Source of the DNA: Diadema antillarum
Lineage: Eukaryota
NCBI RefSeq assembly: GCF_040938485.1
Contig: NW_027272318.1
Span: forward strand, 62,001-126,000
Length of the DNA: 64,000 bases
Direction of reading: 5' to 3'
In this document: positions 1 to 15,000 of the stretch, piece after piece
Position numbering within the stretch: the stretch's first letter is position 1
How the letters are laid out: every line of letters begins with the position of its first letter
Notes under the pieces: generated by a model
Told to the model about the DNA's origin: nothing
The model's input: the letters and a program-made list of their open reading frames with translations, nothing else
The model's database searches: none
Program-made: the position numbers and the translations under genes

Positions 1-3000
1 GGTTGCTTTCACACCGGAAGCCGTTGATCATGAGGTGGACCAGCTGCGGCTTGAGACTCAGGAAGCTGATCTCTGGCTCGGACTTTGCCTCCTCCCCTGG
101 ACTCTCCTTCTGAATGATACCTGGAGGAATGCAAAGAGAAGTGTGATGTCAAAGCCATTTAATTGCCAGGGAAACTGGTTCTAAACAACCTTACCTGGGC
201 CCTGTTTCATGAAGCTGTTCGTAAATTTACGCATGACTTCACAAACGACTGAAATATGAAGTGCCAATATGTGTGCCCATTTTTTCCCCCTTCATGTTTT
301 AACTACGTACGACTGTACAATGTATGTCAATATTTCATCTACATTTGTTAATATGTAAGAATAATCATTATCTTTTGCAAATTTCAACCCTAGCTATTGA
401 AATGAACAATCATTAGGAAACCCACTTTGCTTGCCATATTCAAGTCCTTTGTAAAGTTGTGCGTAACTTTACGAAGAGCTTTATGAAACAGGGCACTGGC
501 CAGAAATATGAACACTATTGCGGGTAACTGTGCTTGCATCTGGTTCCAACCCAAGCTATAACGAAAAGACTGCAAGATCATCACTGTGTTACTCTTACAA
601 AGTTTGCTTCTGAGGGATTCAAAAAAACTACTGGTAATTCAGGGGTTTGCCACTAGCCGCGTGGCAAATGCTAAGGGGGGAGGGGGACTGTGATGACTTT
701 GTTGCGATGGTAACTTCTAGCTGTCGCTTTTCTCCTTGCAAAACAATTCCATCTCTATACAAAAATTCTGAGCCTGTGAAACAGTCATATCATGAATACC
801 ATCGACCTCCTTTGATCTTCAGCACTTTAACAAGTGACAGCTAGGAATTTTTTTTTTCACATCTTCGCATGGTAACATGTGTACAGTCATTTATATGTGC
901 TCCTTGAACTGTTTGCACGTCTGAATCATGAATGCATATACACTGCACTGCATAATCATTATTACTGAATTATTATTCAGTGCTTTGGAGGATGGAGTCA
1001 CTCATTACACACTCGGCTGTAAGAACAAGACAATCATATGTGTTACCATACTAGTAATACTTTGGGGACCACAGGCTACTACAGAAGTCAAGAGACTTGC
1101 ACTGCTTGAGACATCAGGTTTCGGTACAAGCCGAGTTCTTTCCCTGCTTATTTAGCTAACATCCTTTTTTTTGGTCAACATCTGCATATTGCTAAATCGG
1201 ATGACTGATAAATAATTTAATCTACATCCATTACCTTAAAGGTATTGTACAGTATTGGTTGAGACCTAATTTCAGGTTTCTAACATTTCTTGTTGAGATA
1301 ATGAGAAACCTCTTATGAAATATGAAAGAGCATGTAATTCTATGAGGAATTCAACGTTTATTTGATAAAAATTGGTTTTGAAATGGCTGAAATATCCAAA
1401 AAAGAGTGATTCCAATAAAGTGTGGGACCCACACTTTATTACGATTGCTTTGTTTTACTTTGTTTTTGGATGTTTCAGTCATTCCAAACCCGATTTTGAT
1501 CAAATAAACTTTGAATTCCTTTCAAAATGGTATGCTCTGTACTATTTCATAAGTGTTTTCTTGGTATCTCGCAAAAAGTTAAAAGCCCAATTCTCATCTC
1601 CACCAATACTGTACCATCCCTTTAAATACAGTTGTACGGCAAAAACGTCGGCTAATTCTACATCTCACATATCCTAGACACACAAGGAGAGACAAAAATA
1701 CACAAACATGCACCCACATACAGACACACACATGCAAACACAAACGATAAAGTTATTACTATTACAGTGTTTTTACCATCATGGTATTTAGTACTATTCT
1801 TTATAGCATATCCGTTTACGCCAAATATTTCGTGAGGTTTTTATTTTCGCGAATTTCGCGAGTCAGGTGCTATTCGCGAAATTAAAGACACACGAAAATA
1901 TTGACTCTGATCCCAATGTGAATGTAACATATGCGTATACACTTCTCCGTTCCAGTACAGGACTCCACGATCACAAATTTAATCACTTGCGAAATTGTCG
2001 GGAATTCCCGATTCGCAAAATTTTAGACTCGCGAAATATATGGCGTATACAGTACTTCTTTACCTTTTGCTTTTATACTTTGTACCATGTATTGCCTTCT
2101 GTTTCATGAAAATAAAGGAAAACGAATTGATTTTAATTGAATTGAATGTTTGAGAGATGTGGTTACCATGGCGACAAGAAGAGGAGAAAAAACTAACTTT
2201 GAATGGTGAGGTCCTTGAAGTGGTGAGGCAGACAGAGCATTGACATCAGCAGATGGATGCAGGCTCGCCGGAGCTCGTTCTTGGGCACCAGAGATCTGGC
2301 ACAATAATGCAACAAATTTGATCAGCATCATCTATACATCATATACCTGTATCTTGCATGGTTCAATGACGTTTGCTCCTGAGACAATTGCTCCCATGAA
2401 ATATCTACAGGTACATGCTAAGTCAAACATAAATTCTGCCCACAAACTTAACCCTAATCCTAATCCTCACAATAGACTAAGCCTAAAACACTATCACAAA
2501 CCTAATCCTAACCCTAAGTCCTATGAGAAAATTAGACCAGACTTAGATAACTGTTGCAGGAGCAAATGTTGTGTCACCATCGTGCATACATCTACATCCG
2601 GACACATTTCGCAATAACAGCTACAATTCAATAAACTAAGCCCAAGTCACTTTGGGCTGTATTGTCGAAAGTGTAAACAGTCCGACCTCTTATCCAGCCT
2701 CCCTTTATCCAGATCTCTCTATTACACCACTATACACCCTATCTACACTTAAGTGTAAACTTCTCATAGATGCTAATACATGTGCACCATAACATTGAAA
2801 CCTTTATCTACAACAAAAGTGTAAAATTTAATACATGCCACCATATGGACACCATTTTATTGACACCCTAATCTATACCTTAGCTTGAATGACTCACCTG
2901 AAGCGAAGCTCAGTGTCTGGAATGACGATTTCCATGGCGGTCAGGAGGTACGGGATGAGCACCTTGACCCCTGCCAGGTCAACCCGTAGAAGGTTGTCGG

Positions 3001-6000
3001 CATTGTAGAGGACATTGGACAACACAAGACCACTGACTGGCTAATGGGTTAAAAGAAAAAGAAGAAAAACATTATATTCTTTAAAATGTTTACGTACAGT
3101 ATTAAATCACTGATTGCTTTGTGTACAAAATTTTACTCTGAAATAGTACAGGGATTCTTTGTTTTATATGAGAAGTGGAAAAATTAAACAACTTAAAACT
3201 TACAAATTACCAACAACAATTCTGATGATGATGAAGATGATGATGATAACTATAACAATGATGATAAATACAACAGTACAAATAATAACACAAATGTCAA
3301 TTGTGGAAGTGATAATGATAGTGACAACAACAACAGTGAGAACCAGGTGCATCCAGCCACCAATGAGACCATGAGACATGATACTGACCTGTTTCCCGTT
3401 GGTGCAGAGTGCTTGGGTCAGGGTCAGGTAGAAGCGGGACAGGTAGAGAGGGAGGATGCTCTCCTCCGCCTTGCGGCTGGTGAAGATCCTGCACAGCGCC
3501 CCACAGGCCTCCGCCCGCCCTCCCTCATAGCTCTCGGGGGCGCCCAGGCGGTCGTTGCCTGGCGGGGACAGGGAGGCGGAGACGCCCGGAGACGAGATGG
3601 CCTCCCTCTCGTGGGGCTCACGGGTGTGAGGGACATCCGAGGAGGATGGGGTGGACTGGGCACGCCTCATCATACGGCCTGGACAGACACAGATAGAACT
3701 ACGAGTTTTGAATGGTGTCGGACATGGTGACAATTTAGGAATATGAACCCATTTCACAAATACCAACTCATACAGATCCGACGGTGACACATCTTAATCA
3801 ATTTTTCCCATGGGGCACTGGTCATTTTTACCTTCAAAGAAAACCAAAATTTGGTTTTTTTTTGCGAGGGGGGGGGGGGGGGGCTGGGGGTCTTTAAAGG
3901 ATACCATCATCCACAGAAAACATATCGATATCTAAAAGCTCTGCACAATCATTTAAATCGATCTACACACTATAATAAAGGCACAAAATGTTAGTTTACT
4001 GAACCATACAGGAAAAAAGTCTGAGACATATTCCAAAGGGAATGCATTTAGTAAATTGGACAGTAGTATTGCTTTGAAGTTTACAGGTAGCAGACCCTCA
4101 TCCATAGAGTCCCCACATCGTATATCATTATCAATCCTTGCATTTACATTGGTGTGTTTTGATGTAAAATATAGACAATTATTGCAAGCCGAGGGTCAGC
4201 AGTACGTATGATACATTATGTGCCTAGATAAACCGCTATGATAGAGTACCAATTCCAAGAATGTAATAAGAATGTGTTTAAAATGATTTTTGTCAATTAA
4301 TCTTAGTCTTTTTAAAATACTAAATTTGGTTGACTACCCATTAATGTACATAAAATTACAGAAAAAAAAGGAAAAAAAATATGTAAAGATTCAATGAAAT
4401 GACATTTGCATATTGAACTACCAATAGTGCATAAAACATGCATATGCACAAAGTAATTTAAAGTTCGAGTACACATTTAGGTAAATCTTTAAAAGTATGC
4501 AATTAGACAGAGATTGTTTGGCATGAAAATATACTCGATTGCACACTGTGATCTCTGGCAGCAACACTGTCAATTGTTGAACTTTGTTAAGGAAGTTGTT
4601 GATCTACAATTCTGTTAATCTTTTTTTTTTTCAAATCACACTATAACTTTACTTATATATGTATTTTACACAAATACAAAGATTATAAAAAAACAGACAG
4701 ACAGATCCATGTATAGAGACCCACTCTTTAGTATAGGACATACATGTGAATGGATAAATGAATGGGTGAATGATTATATACAGTCATGAATAAATCAAGG
4801 AATGAATAAGTCAAAATGAGTGACTTCCAAGATGTACTGCTGGCATGAAATAGGTTATAGCAATGAGTTTAACATGACCCAATTAGTACATTCTGTAACT
4901 CACAGCAATGGTTATTGTGTTTTATCACAAGAACATGAGATGTTACGGTGAATACTTCTGGTTTACTATGTGTAGATAGATGTATACGGAATGCATGCTT
5001 CTACTACTTCTTTGCGAAAATCTAGGGATGTTAACACTTATATTTCTACATTTGATAATTATATTTTGTGTAGGTGTGGTTTATTTGAATGGATCTTAGT
5101 AACCATTCAAACACCCTGTTGATGTGCGGTGGAAAAAAAGCAAGGCTGAAAAGACAAATTCCTATTTGCTGCAAACTATAGGCGTTGAACAAATCTAATC
5201 AAGCGATATTAGTGACACTACAAACATCTCTAGAAGAGGTGCATATTTTTTTTGTGCGAGGTTTGCTTAGACTTACCTCACAGATGACCTAAAGTAACAT
5301 CTCTATACTCAGGCCTCTCAAAATTTTGTCATATTAGACTTTCATTTGTTTACAGTAAAAAAAGGTGTGTGAAAACAAAACTGGAAAGATATGAACCATT
5401 TACCAAAAAACATATACATTAATAGAAAGAGTACACAAAAGAGGCATAGAAATATAAGATAAGATTCATCACCATGACCACAGGAATATGTTTATTCATG
5501 CACATTGTTCACTGAGAAGAAATCAAATGGCTGCATTAAAATATAGAGAAAATTTTCCTAATACCAGTGAAGGGCTTGAGTAAGGGTAGTTGATATTGGC
5601 TTGCTTGTGTTTCTGATGAAATTACAAAAGCTGTCGGATGGAGCCTTTTGACAAAGCTTTTTACCTTGTGAAAAGTTAACTACGTCTCCAGTTACAAGGA
5701 ATGGTTCCAGAATGATCACACTTTGTGTACCAGAGAATGTCGTCATCCACTCTTTGTTTCGAACGTGGAGTGGAGATGCAGTTTACAAATTCATGCTGTT
5801 ATGTAACCATGGAACTAGAGCAGAGGAATGCTATAGTTTGTGTTAGCTACTGGGATACAAAGAAACCTAAAGCTGGGAAGTTAGAGACATCAATGCACGA
5901 TAGGAAATGGGAGAAATTCTCATAGCGACAGTTCAGCTCATTGATTAGTGAAAGAGGACAGATACCAACTTGAAATTCCTTTTCTGTATTACTAACATGA

Positions 6001-9000
6001 GGTCATTTCAAGTACATCAATTCATGTGAGATGATTTTCAAAGTATATGATTGCTTTGAAAATTACTTCTTTTTTTTTTTCAAATGTGCTCAGATACATC
6101 ACATACACACAGACCCACACACATGTCCATACAAATCATGACTGAATAAAATCTATTGATTATGGGTAACATTGAATTCACATAGGACATATTTCCCCCT
6201 TTTCTCCATGAAAAATTTCCTCCTTCAGTTACTTATAATGTTCAAATGCCACTGGACTTACCATGGATCACAATTTACATTGCATTGATTACGTGTGCAA
6301 CTTAAAGTTGATATTATTCCACTTTGACATTCTAGGAGAGCCTTCAAATGGTTTTCTTGGTTATTCCTTCAAGTACAAATTTATATCGCAGGATGAGAGA
6401 GATTGCATGCACAGGTTAGTCATAAAGCAAAGGTGATGTGCCCAAATGGCTTAAAATATGGCTGGACTCAGGTCAACTGGTAAATTTTCAGCCAGAGAGA
6501 CAGAGTTTTTGTATCAATTAGAGAAGGATAAACGCTTTATACCTTATTGATTGCTTCAAGATAATTGTTACAAAAGATCTCAACACATCTTGATTATAAG
6601 CAGGCTATCAAATTCATCTTTTATGGTGGGGATGTTATTTAGATGTTCTAGCAACATAGGATGCTCTACCACATGAATGTGTGTTCATGCAACATCAAAC
6701 GGCACACATACCCACACCATGGGTGCGATGGTAGTTAGTAGCGTTACTGTTAGTAGAAGCGTTTGTGGCGGTGGTGGTGGAAGCAGTGAAGGTGGTGCTG
6801 GTGTTGTTGGTAGTGGTGATGGTGGTGGCAGAACTAATCGAAGACGCAGCAGCCGCAGCCGCCACCGCCGCCGCCGCCGATGGGGCGACGAAGACGGAGC
6901 CACTCCGCCGCGGGAGGGAAGCGGCGGTCCCTCCGCCGCCGAACTTACATCCCATCAGAGCCGCCTGGAAGAGCCACGCCCCAAATAGATGCAGGATGCT
7001 GTTGCACTCCGAGTGGCTCGGCCCCGGGAGCATGCCGCTGTGCAGGATATTGCTCCTTCCCCCGACCCGGATGCCGGCAGCCGGAGGGCCGCTCGATGTC
7101 CCCCTGATGGACCCGGTCCCCGACCCGCTCTTGGCCTTCTGCCCCGGAGCCTGGCTGAAGTTGCTCACAGGGATTGTTGGGGAGCGAGAGGGCATGGTCT
7201 GAGATGGATCTGTGATGTACCGATCAGTGGGGTAACCTGGATGAAAGGCAAAGGCATCCCTTTGTTGATACATCTACAAGTCTGCTTTTAAAACAGAGTG
7301 ACACAGGTGGCATAAGACATTGTTGCGGGCAGAGCACTATTTACAGTTTACTAGATCTAGAACTACATAAGATCATCTATGAACTACACACAACACACTT
7401 GCAGCATGGTAGTCAGAAGCAAAAAAAAAAGTATTTTTTCCGACAAAAAGTATTATTTTGCATGTTCAAAGACAACATCAATAGTTCAGGGACATCAGTG
7501 TGTGAACTTAAAGGTATTGTTTACCATTGGGAGCTATGATTTAAAATTTTTTTTGAGTTATCACATTTGATGCTTATGTGTAGGTCAGTTGTATCACAAA
7601 ACATCTTACCATTTTGCAATAGAAATACTATTTTGCAATAAAGCCTAATGTATAAGGAGATATCACTATTTTTCTCAATATACCATAACTGTTGACAGTT
7701 TATTCTAGAAACATTTTTATTATAACTATTGTTCACTTTTGTATATCGAACAATACTTAACACTGATTAAACTGATTAACATTTTTACATTGGTTGTTTC
7801 TATCCCTAACTCACATTTAAGAACTATTTTGAAGCACTAAAGCTGGGTTTTTGTTTCATCTGCAAATGGTAAATAACGCCTTTAAATAATAACATCTACC
7901 AAACATCAAGTTCACTCATGCATGGAGTGTCAATGGTAGGATCTTTGTCTCAGTCAACACTTGCAATGATACCCCCCATCAAAACGACAGTTTACTCACG
8001 GACAGATTTGGATCATTTATAGAAAAAACAGCTACCTGAGTGAGATTAATGATATAAACATGTAAACAGGTTACATGATGAGAATGCCACATCTACAATG
8101 AATGGAACCGAGACTCTTACAGCCATTGGCTAAATGATCTCAAGGTGTAATATATTCCTGTCCTTTTTTTTCTACATCTCAGCACAAGTTTGTTTTTAGG
8201 ATGTCATTTTCAGATGTAATCTCGCTCTGTTTGTGTTTTGGGTAATTAACTATTTCCTGTATGTATGTTTCCAGATCTTCCATCTTCTCCGCTAACCACT
8301 GCCTCTTCGAATGTGGGGACTTTGCTCGAGATGGCTTACCAAGGAATGCATCCACAAGGACCGAGAGTCCCTTCATGGCGCGGAGGAAGATTTCGGGCAG
8401 GGCCTGGAGACAGGCAAACTGGTCCGGGAACTTCTTGCCGTCCTTGAGCGAGGCCACAAACATGGGCGTCCTGCCGATGATCTCCGGGTGACACAGGTCC
8501 ACCGGGTTGCCCAGGACGTGGAGGAAGCGGAACCACGCCTGGGCGAGGCCGTCGTTGTCTAGCTCCGGTGGAATGATCCGCCCTTCATCGTCTCCTGCTT
8601 GTGAGTGAATGGACATTTTGGGGGCTTTAAAGGACAAGTTCACCCAAATATATGGGTGGATTGAGTGAATGCAGCAATATTAGTAGAAACACATCAGTAA
8701 AAGTTAAAGGAAAATCAGACAATCTGTTTAAACAGATATGAATCTTTTAAGTTTCAGTGCCGCCATTGCTGGATGGGAAGAATACTACAATTTTTGATGT
8801 CACATGTGTAGAATGATATAACGAAAATATAAAGAGAATTTTTTAAAAGTTTTTTTTTTCCAATGAAAAGTACACATTCCTTGACTTCTTACTGACATAT
8901 GATTATGCTATATAAAGGGTAATACTATTCACACTGCTTTCTTAAGGAGACAAGTCCAGTGCTCTTTTATTATGCTAGAAAATGAAAAATATGTGGAAGT

Positions 9001-12000
9001 TTTACATTTTCTATATACTGTTCTTCATATGTGACATCAAAAACTGAACTAGTATTCTTATCCAGTCATGGCTGTACACAAACTGTAAAAACTCATAACT
9101 TTTGAATGGATTGTCTGACTTTCCTCCAGCTTTCACTGATGTACTCTACTAATATTACTGCTTTCACTGAAATCCACACATATATTTGGGTGATTTTGTC
9201 CTTCAACAAATATGCATCATAGATACATAGTAAAAATCTAGGGCATGTCATGTTCTGTTTAACCCAAGCACTTAAGCATATAGACAACAAATTATAGTAA
9301 AACTCCTTTTCCAATCCAATACTTACCCAGCTATTCAGTAGTTAACCTTGTACTTTCCACTTCAAGCTATGACTTTCATCCTAACTGTTCAAACTCCTGT
9401 CCTCCTGATCACAAATTGTCCTTTCACTTCCTAATATTTAAGTTTGACACAGTTTAAAGGGAGAAAACTTGTAATCGTTCCTGCGTCAATATCGAACAGT
9501 TGTAGGCAATTTGATTGTGAGTAAAGCGTTTCAGAAGAAGGTATCAAACACAGAAACCCCTCTGCAGCTCATTTTTCCCCCAGCTCTACGGCGAAATATA
9601 CTGACGAAGGTAGTGGTGCTGACCTATTCTCAGCGACGGGAAGGCCGGTCCGTAGAGCACCTGGATGAGCTGTGCAGTGAGGACCTTGTTGATCCGATTC
9701 CACTGGGCCACGGTGGAGGGGTAGTGCCTCCAAGTGCAGCACATCTCCCTGAAGGTCCTCCACAGGGTCGGGGATGGGAAGCAGCGGGCGCACGCCAGCA
9801 GCCACACCTCAAAGAGCACACTCAGCAAGCGCTCGCACAGCTGCTCAGCCANNNNNNNNNNNNNNNNNNNNNNNNNNNNNNNNNNNNNNNNNNNNNNNNN
9901 NNNNNNNNNNNNNNNNNNNNNNNNNNNNNNNNNNNNNNNNNNNNNNNNNNNNNNNNNNNNNNNNNNNNNNNNNNNNNNNNNNNNNNNNNNNNNNNNNNNN
10001 NNNNNNNNNNNNNNNNNNNNNNNNNNNNNNNNNNNNNNNNNNNNNNNNNNNNNNNNNNNNNNNNNNNNNNNNNNNNNNNNNNNNNNNNNNNNNNNNNNNN
10101 NNGATATATAAGTCATCTAATGAACCATTTGAGTGGGTACTTCAATTTTTTGCTGTTGTTGTTGTTGCAGAAAGTGTGTTTCCAAATGCCTCTTCTTGTA
10201 TTGATTATAGACATGAACACACTGTAATTATTTGTTTCCTGTGTATTATTCAAATGCATGTTCAATCATAGTTTCAATCATTACTTTGTAAATTCTGTTG
10301 AAAAAAAACAAACATGAAAATAAAGTTTGAACTTTGAAAGTCAACTAATATGCTTTACCCTTTCAAACAACAATTCACGAAGTGCTGATGGTGTCAACAA
10401 TAACACATTGATTCACACACTTTCACACTATGGACCTCCTGAGAGTGTTAGCTTGCAAATCTCAGTTATTTTTCATAATGGGGGCCAGTAGATGTCATAC
10501 AAGCTGAGAGATCTGATGGATCCCCCCCCAAAAAAAAGACAACCCATGCATAGTCTTTCATGTTCCACATTGCTAATGAGGTAACCTACACTCAGGTTTG
10601 AGATCATGATTTACTTGGTGATGATTTGTGGTTATCATGTCAAATCAATCACCTCTTCTGTTTTCCTCTCCTTGTGAATTTGCATCACTATAAAAAAAAA
10701 AAAAAAAAAAAAGATCTGTAGATATGGATACTGAGCCAGAAACTTGTAAACAAATTTGGCTATAATGATGTATTTGATTTGACTCAATGTAAGACAAGAA
10801 CCTATGAATATATATCATATCCAAAAATATTTGTTTATTTTGTTCATTGAATAAAAAGATCAAATGTGTCCAGCTCAAGCAATAGTTCAATGTAATCATA
10901 TTCCTTAATACTTTGTGTGCTTTGAGTGACCCTTGGCACAGAGAACCCTACAGCACAGCACACACTGTCCAAAGTCCCTGGAACAGAAAGGATTAAATTG
11001 CTCCATTTAAACACTTAGGTTCTACAATAGGCGTTTTCACATCAGCCCGATGTTTCGAAATAGCGCGATATTTTCTGACTTGGGAAATTAACCCGATCAC
11101 GAAATAGCGCGCTATTTGATAATATGAACACAAATTAGCGCGCTAATTGTATCGCTCTGATCGAGAAAAATTCGGGAAATTTCTGAAATAGCGGGATAAC
11201 ATAGCGAACTAGCGCGCTATTTGATAATGTGAAATCGTCTCAAGAAATTAGCGCAATGAATCCCATCATGCCTAGCGTGTGTGACCCGAAAGCGTGCGCT
11301 CTACTGGAATACCCGACACTGTTTGCGCATGCTCAGCTGTCGAATTAGCTCGAAAAAATTTCGGGCTAATTCTCTTCGGGCTGATGTGAATAGGAAATGA
11401 AATAGCGCGCTAATTTGCGATCGCGAAAAATATCTCGAGCTTGGATTTTTATCAGCCTGATGTGAAAACGCCTAGTGTGTCTCATAAACCTCCTGATATC
11501 TTGGGGCATGCCACATCCTCTATTAACCCACTGGAGACTTGTCCCAGAGTATACTTATGTACAGGTGTCAATGGGAAATGCATGCTATAGCAAAACCAGC
11601 TTGTCTTCAACAGGTTAAAGTACCTGTTTCCAGTGGTGGTGAAAGAAGTGTGTTGTTGATTGACAGCAGAAACCTGAGTAGGACCTCCCAAGTGTGTTTC
11701 GTCATGACGATGCTCTCCGTGGCAACGGACTGGACAGAGCGCAGCACACGGTGACAAAGCACTGCCTGCTTGTTGGTGTCACTCTTTCCTGATGGGAGGC
11801 GACCGAAACAAGAACGTATTTCAGCCCCCAAGATTCAGGGATCATAGAAAGGTCTCCCAGCCAAAATAAATGTAAACAGTTACTGCTTATCATGATGGAA
11901 AATATCATTTGTTGAAAAAAATAAAGAACATTCCATCACTCTTTATTGCATGTTTTATTATGCCAAGCATATTCTTCTATATCAGTGTGACTTGAAGCAT

Positions 12001-15000
12001 TTCAACTTGAACAGACAAAATCCAGGACATGGTTCACACTGTATTATCCTTTCAAAAATCTTAAAGCGAAGTGTAATGATTAAATCAAAATAACAAAACA
12101 AAACAAAACTGATAGAAGTCCTTCAGGGCAACTACAATTATTCTAAATGCTAGGACACAATAGACAAACATAAAACTGCAGAACATATAAATTGTCATAT
12201 CATTTTGTATTTTACTTTGCATGCAACAAGAAAGAAAAATCGCAAAATACTGGTGAAGAAATGGGAGTATGGCAAAGTGCAATATCAAATCCGTAAGTAG
12301 CAAAACAAGAAAACTGACCTTCATTATTGTTGTTTGCACAACCAATCTTTACAACAGAAACATATTATGTAAGTGCAACAATAACTTGTTCCTTCTCTTC
12401 CTGCCTGATATGAATGAACATCATGCTGTGTGAAACAATATTATTGATATCGACCGACTTTTATTTGCAAGGGACAATATCTTCTCCAAGACTCTTAATG
12501 CAGTTGTTTTGACTTGTGTCATAAGAATGTTTCTAGCTCAGGCAATATATGAAAAGTGCACAAGAGAAAATGCTTCACTGTGATATTCAATAAAGTATGT
12601 ACTTTGGTATCTGATTACCTACTTTCCACTCAGCAGTTCTGCACCAGAATTAAAAACAATCAATGTCACCATGGGTCCAATCAAATCAATCAAAATTGCG
12701 CTAAAGAATACACCATATAATTTCCTACTCTCTCAAGGACAGCAGCTGCATGACTACAGAATCTTAATGTCATCTACATGGCCAGCAAAGTTCACTGACC
12801 TTGATGCCTGGGTTTGAAGAGGTTAACAAGGTGCTGGAAGATCTTCTGGATGTACGGATTGGGGTCCTTAATGAGCGGCATGGGTAATGTTGGTTGGGGG
12901 ATGGTCAGCGCCTTGAGCCACTCGCAGTACACACTCACACAGTCACGGATGGCCTCATGTTCACTCAGTGGGAGGCCAAGCCCATAGCATATCACCTGAA
13001 AAGTAGAACAACATTTTATCATTTAATGAAACAAATGTGACTAACAAGGTTGGGAATTTGGGGCTGTCATCAATTACCTACTATCAGATACAGTAGTATT
13101 CCTGCTCCATCCACTGAGTGTGTGTGTGTCAAAATTTGTCTTTTAATATGACCTCGGTTGCCTTTTACTATCAGCTTTAGTTATAGTTTTGACTTATTGA
13201 TTCATTGTAGACACTAATGCACTTTTGTATTTATGTGGATATCTTGACCTGAATTGAATTTATTTTCTACTTCAAAGATAAAAGAGCAAACATGTACATT
13301 AAACATGATACACACAAAAATATACAAATTACGGGAGTGGTTGAGAATAGCTCATAAACAAATGAATGACAGGATGCAAGAGTCTACTCTGACGAAACCA
13401 CCCAGAAATCAGTGACTGTGTGTAATGCAAGCCGCCCATTAATAGACTACAATGCCGTCCCAAATTCTACCGCCAGCTACGTGTAGAAACCTATGAGCCT
13501 TTGCGCACAGTCGAACCTTGGTGCAGGTGCTGTACACAATCAACTGACGCATAAGTTCACTCTTCTTTGCTTACAAACATTATAAAGAAACCAAGTCCAG
13601 ATCTGCAGTAGGTGACTGTAATTTTCTGGGAAGGATTCTACTCATCATTGACATTATATACAACTTACAAGCTGCGACCAGCCAAAACACAAAGCGTAAA
13701 ACGGAGTGCCCTGGGGTTACCTAGACATGGGGTACAACCAGCATCTCATATTTATACACATTCATGGTCTAGAAACCTACCAATTTAACATGTTATTTAA
13801 ACCTCAAGCAATCGCAATCATGTTTAAGTTTCTTTGCATCATACATTATGTAAATCGCCCAGCCCACCAGTTGCAAGTTGGAAAGTAGACAGAAAGATCC
13901 GTCTGTCCGGAGGACTCTTTTATATTTTGCCATTAACGCTGTCCTCCGTAGACAGACGGAAGGTTGCAATACCCATTGCTGTGTGGATGTTCTTAACCAC
14001 TGTCTCTATGGAAAATTGGGTGAGGTACCTCACCCTTCTCGATTGCGTCTAATTCACGGCCCTACGTCGGCAAATTTAAGCTTGTATAGTGGAATCAACT
14101 ATTCAAGAGTATATTGCACTCACCAGATGAATGAATAATCCAACATTTTGGTCGAATTTTCAACGTAAAACACACATCAACCAGCCCGTCGCGTCGTCAC
14201 GTTCAAACTGCAGCAACATACAGTACGAATCTATTAGCCAATCACATGCGAGGTAGTTTCTACGTGTTTTTTTTACTGAAACATGTACCTCACATGTGAT
14301 TGGCTTACAGATTCAAAATGGCGACTTACGGCTAGCGGACGGCGATGTTGCGATATGGATAAAATTTCTGCGTTATAACCGAGTTACTGTGAGTATTTCG
14401 ATTGCAAAATGTGAGAAATTAACCCCAAATATTGCTGCATAATGTGTCAAACTGTCATGTCATGTCAAACTTATTTGAATGTAAAAAAGCTGCCTGAAAT
14501 TTGGTTTATCGCAACGTTTGATCTGTGCGCTACTGCCACACAGGAGCTGGCATCATTGACTTCGGTCTGTATACGGAGGGGATCCGTGAAGCCAGACGCA
14601 GTCTCCGCGGAACATTCCCCGACGGACTATCAGTAGGGGTGCTGGTCCGAGAATGCGGATCGTCCGCACAAACGAGGGTATCTTCGTAAACGCGGACAAA
14701 TCGCGTCTGCGAAAATCGGGATCGGTAGCTTTTTCACGGACGATCTTTTTCCTCGGGGCTTTGCGGGCTTAGGGGTACCGAACCGCACGTTCTAGATGCG
14801 ATAGACGGATTCCTCGTGTACAAATACCCCTAGTTCACCGTCTACTTTTGTGGGTTGTCCGTCTTCCCGTGGATTTATCGCGCGAAATGTGAAAGTCGCT
14901 GTGCTGTCAATGGCAATACATGTACACGCATCATGGAGCAACTTAACACACCTACGAAGTCACCAATGCACTTTGCAGTGGAATTACGGCAAATTTGAAC

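Noticed and set aside
1372-1677. Similar ORFs at 1372, 55510 and 63615 suggesting a small gene family
   Set aside because: All lie in copies of the same Kolobok-like MITE, with differing frameshifts.
2440-2520. True or fused telomere
   Set aside because: The hexamers are few, degenerate and internal to a MITE.
3297-3730. Overlapping ORFs 3347-3730(+), 3424-3663(-) and 3297-3494(-)
   Set aside because: These are antisense or off-frame shadows of GC-rich RALGAPB exon 7.
5277-5288. 12-nt microexon candidate on the RALGAPB strand (TAG|GTCATCTGTGAG|GTAAGT)
   Set aside because: In the required phase 1 it reads GGT CAT CTG TGA (stop), the polypyrimidine tract is weak, and there is no support without RNA data.
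6677-7291. Several 70-145-aa ORFs on both strands
   Set aside because: These are shadows of RALGAPB exon 6.
8000-8035. 36-nt cassette exon candidate in RALGAPB intron 5
   Set aside because: It contains an in-frame TGA in the required phase.
9511-10271. Long ORFs of 125-238 aa
   Set aside because: They are inflated by the 250-N gap; only the minus-strand RALGAPB exon 4 frame is real.
14227-14314. pre-miRNA hairpin
   Set aside because: I recognise no known mature miRNA, and the CCAAT content and position within a transposon explain it more simply.
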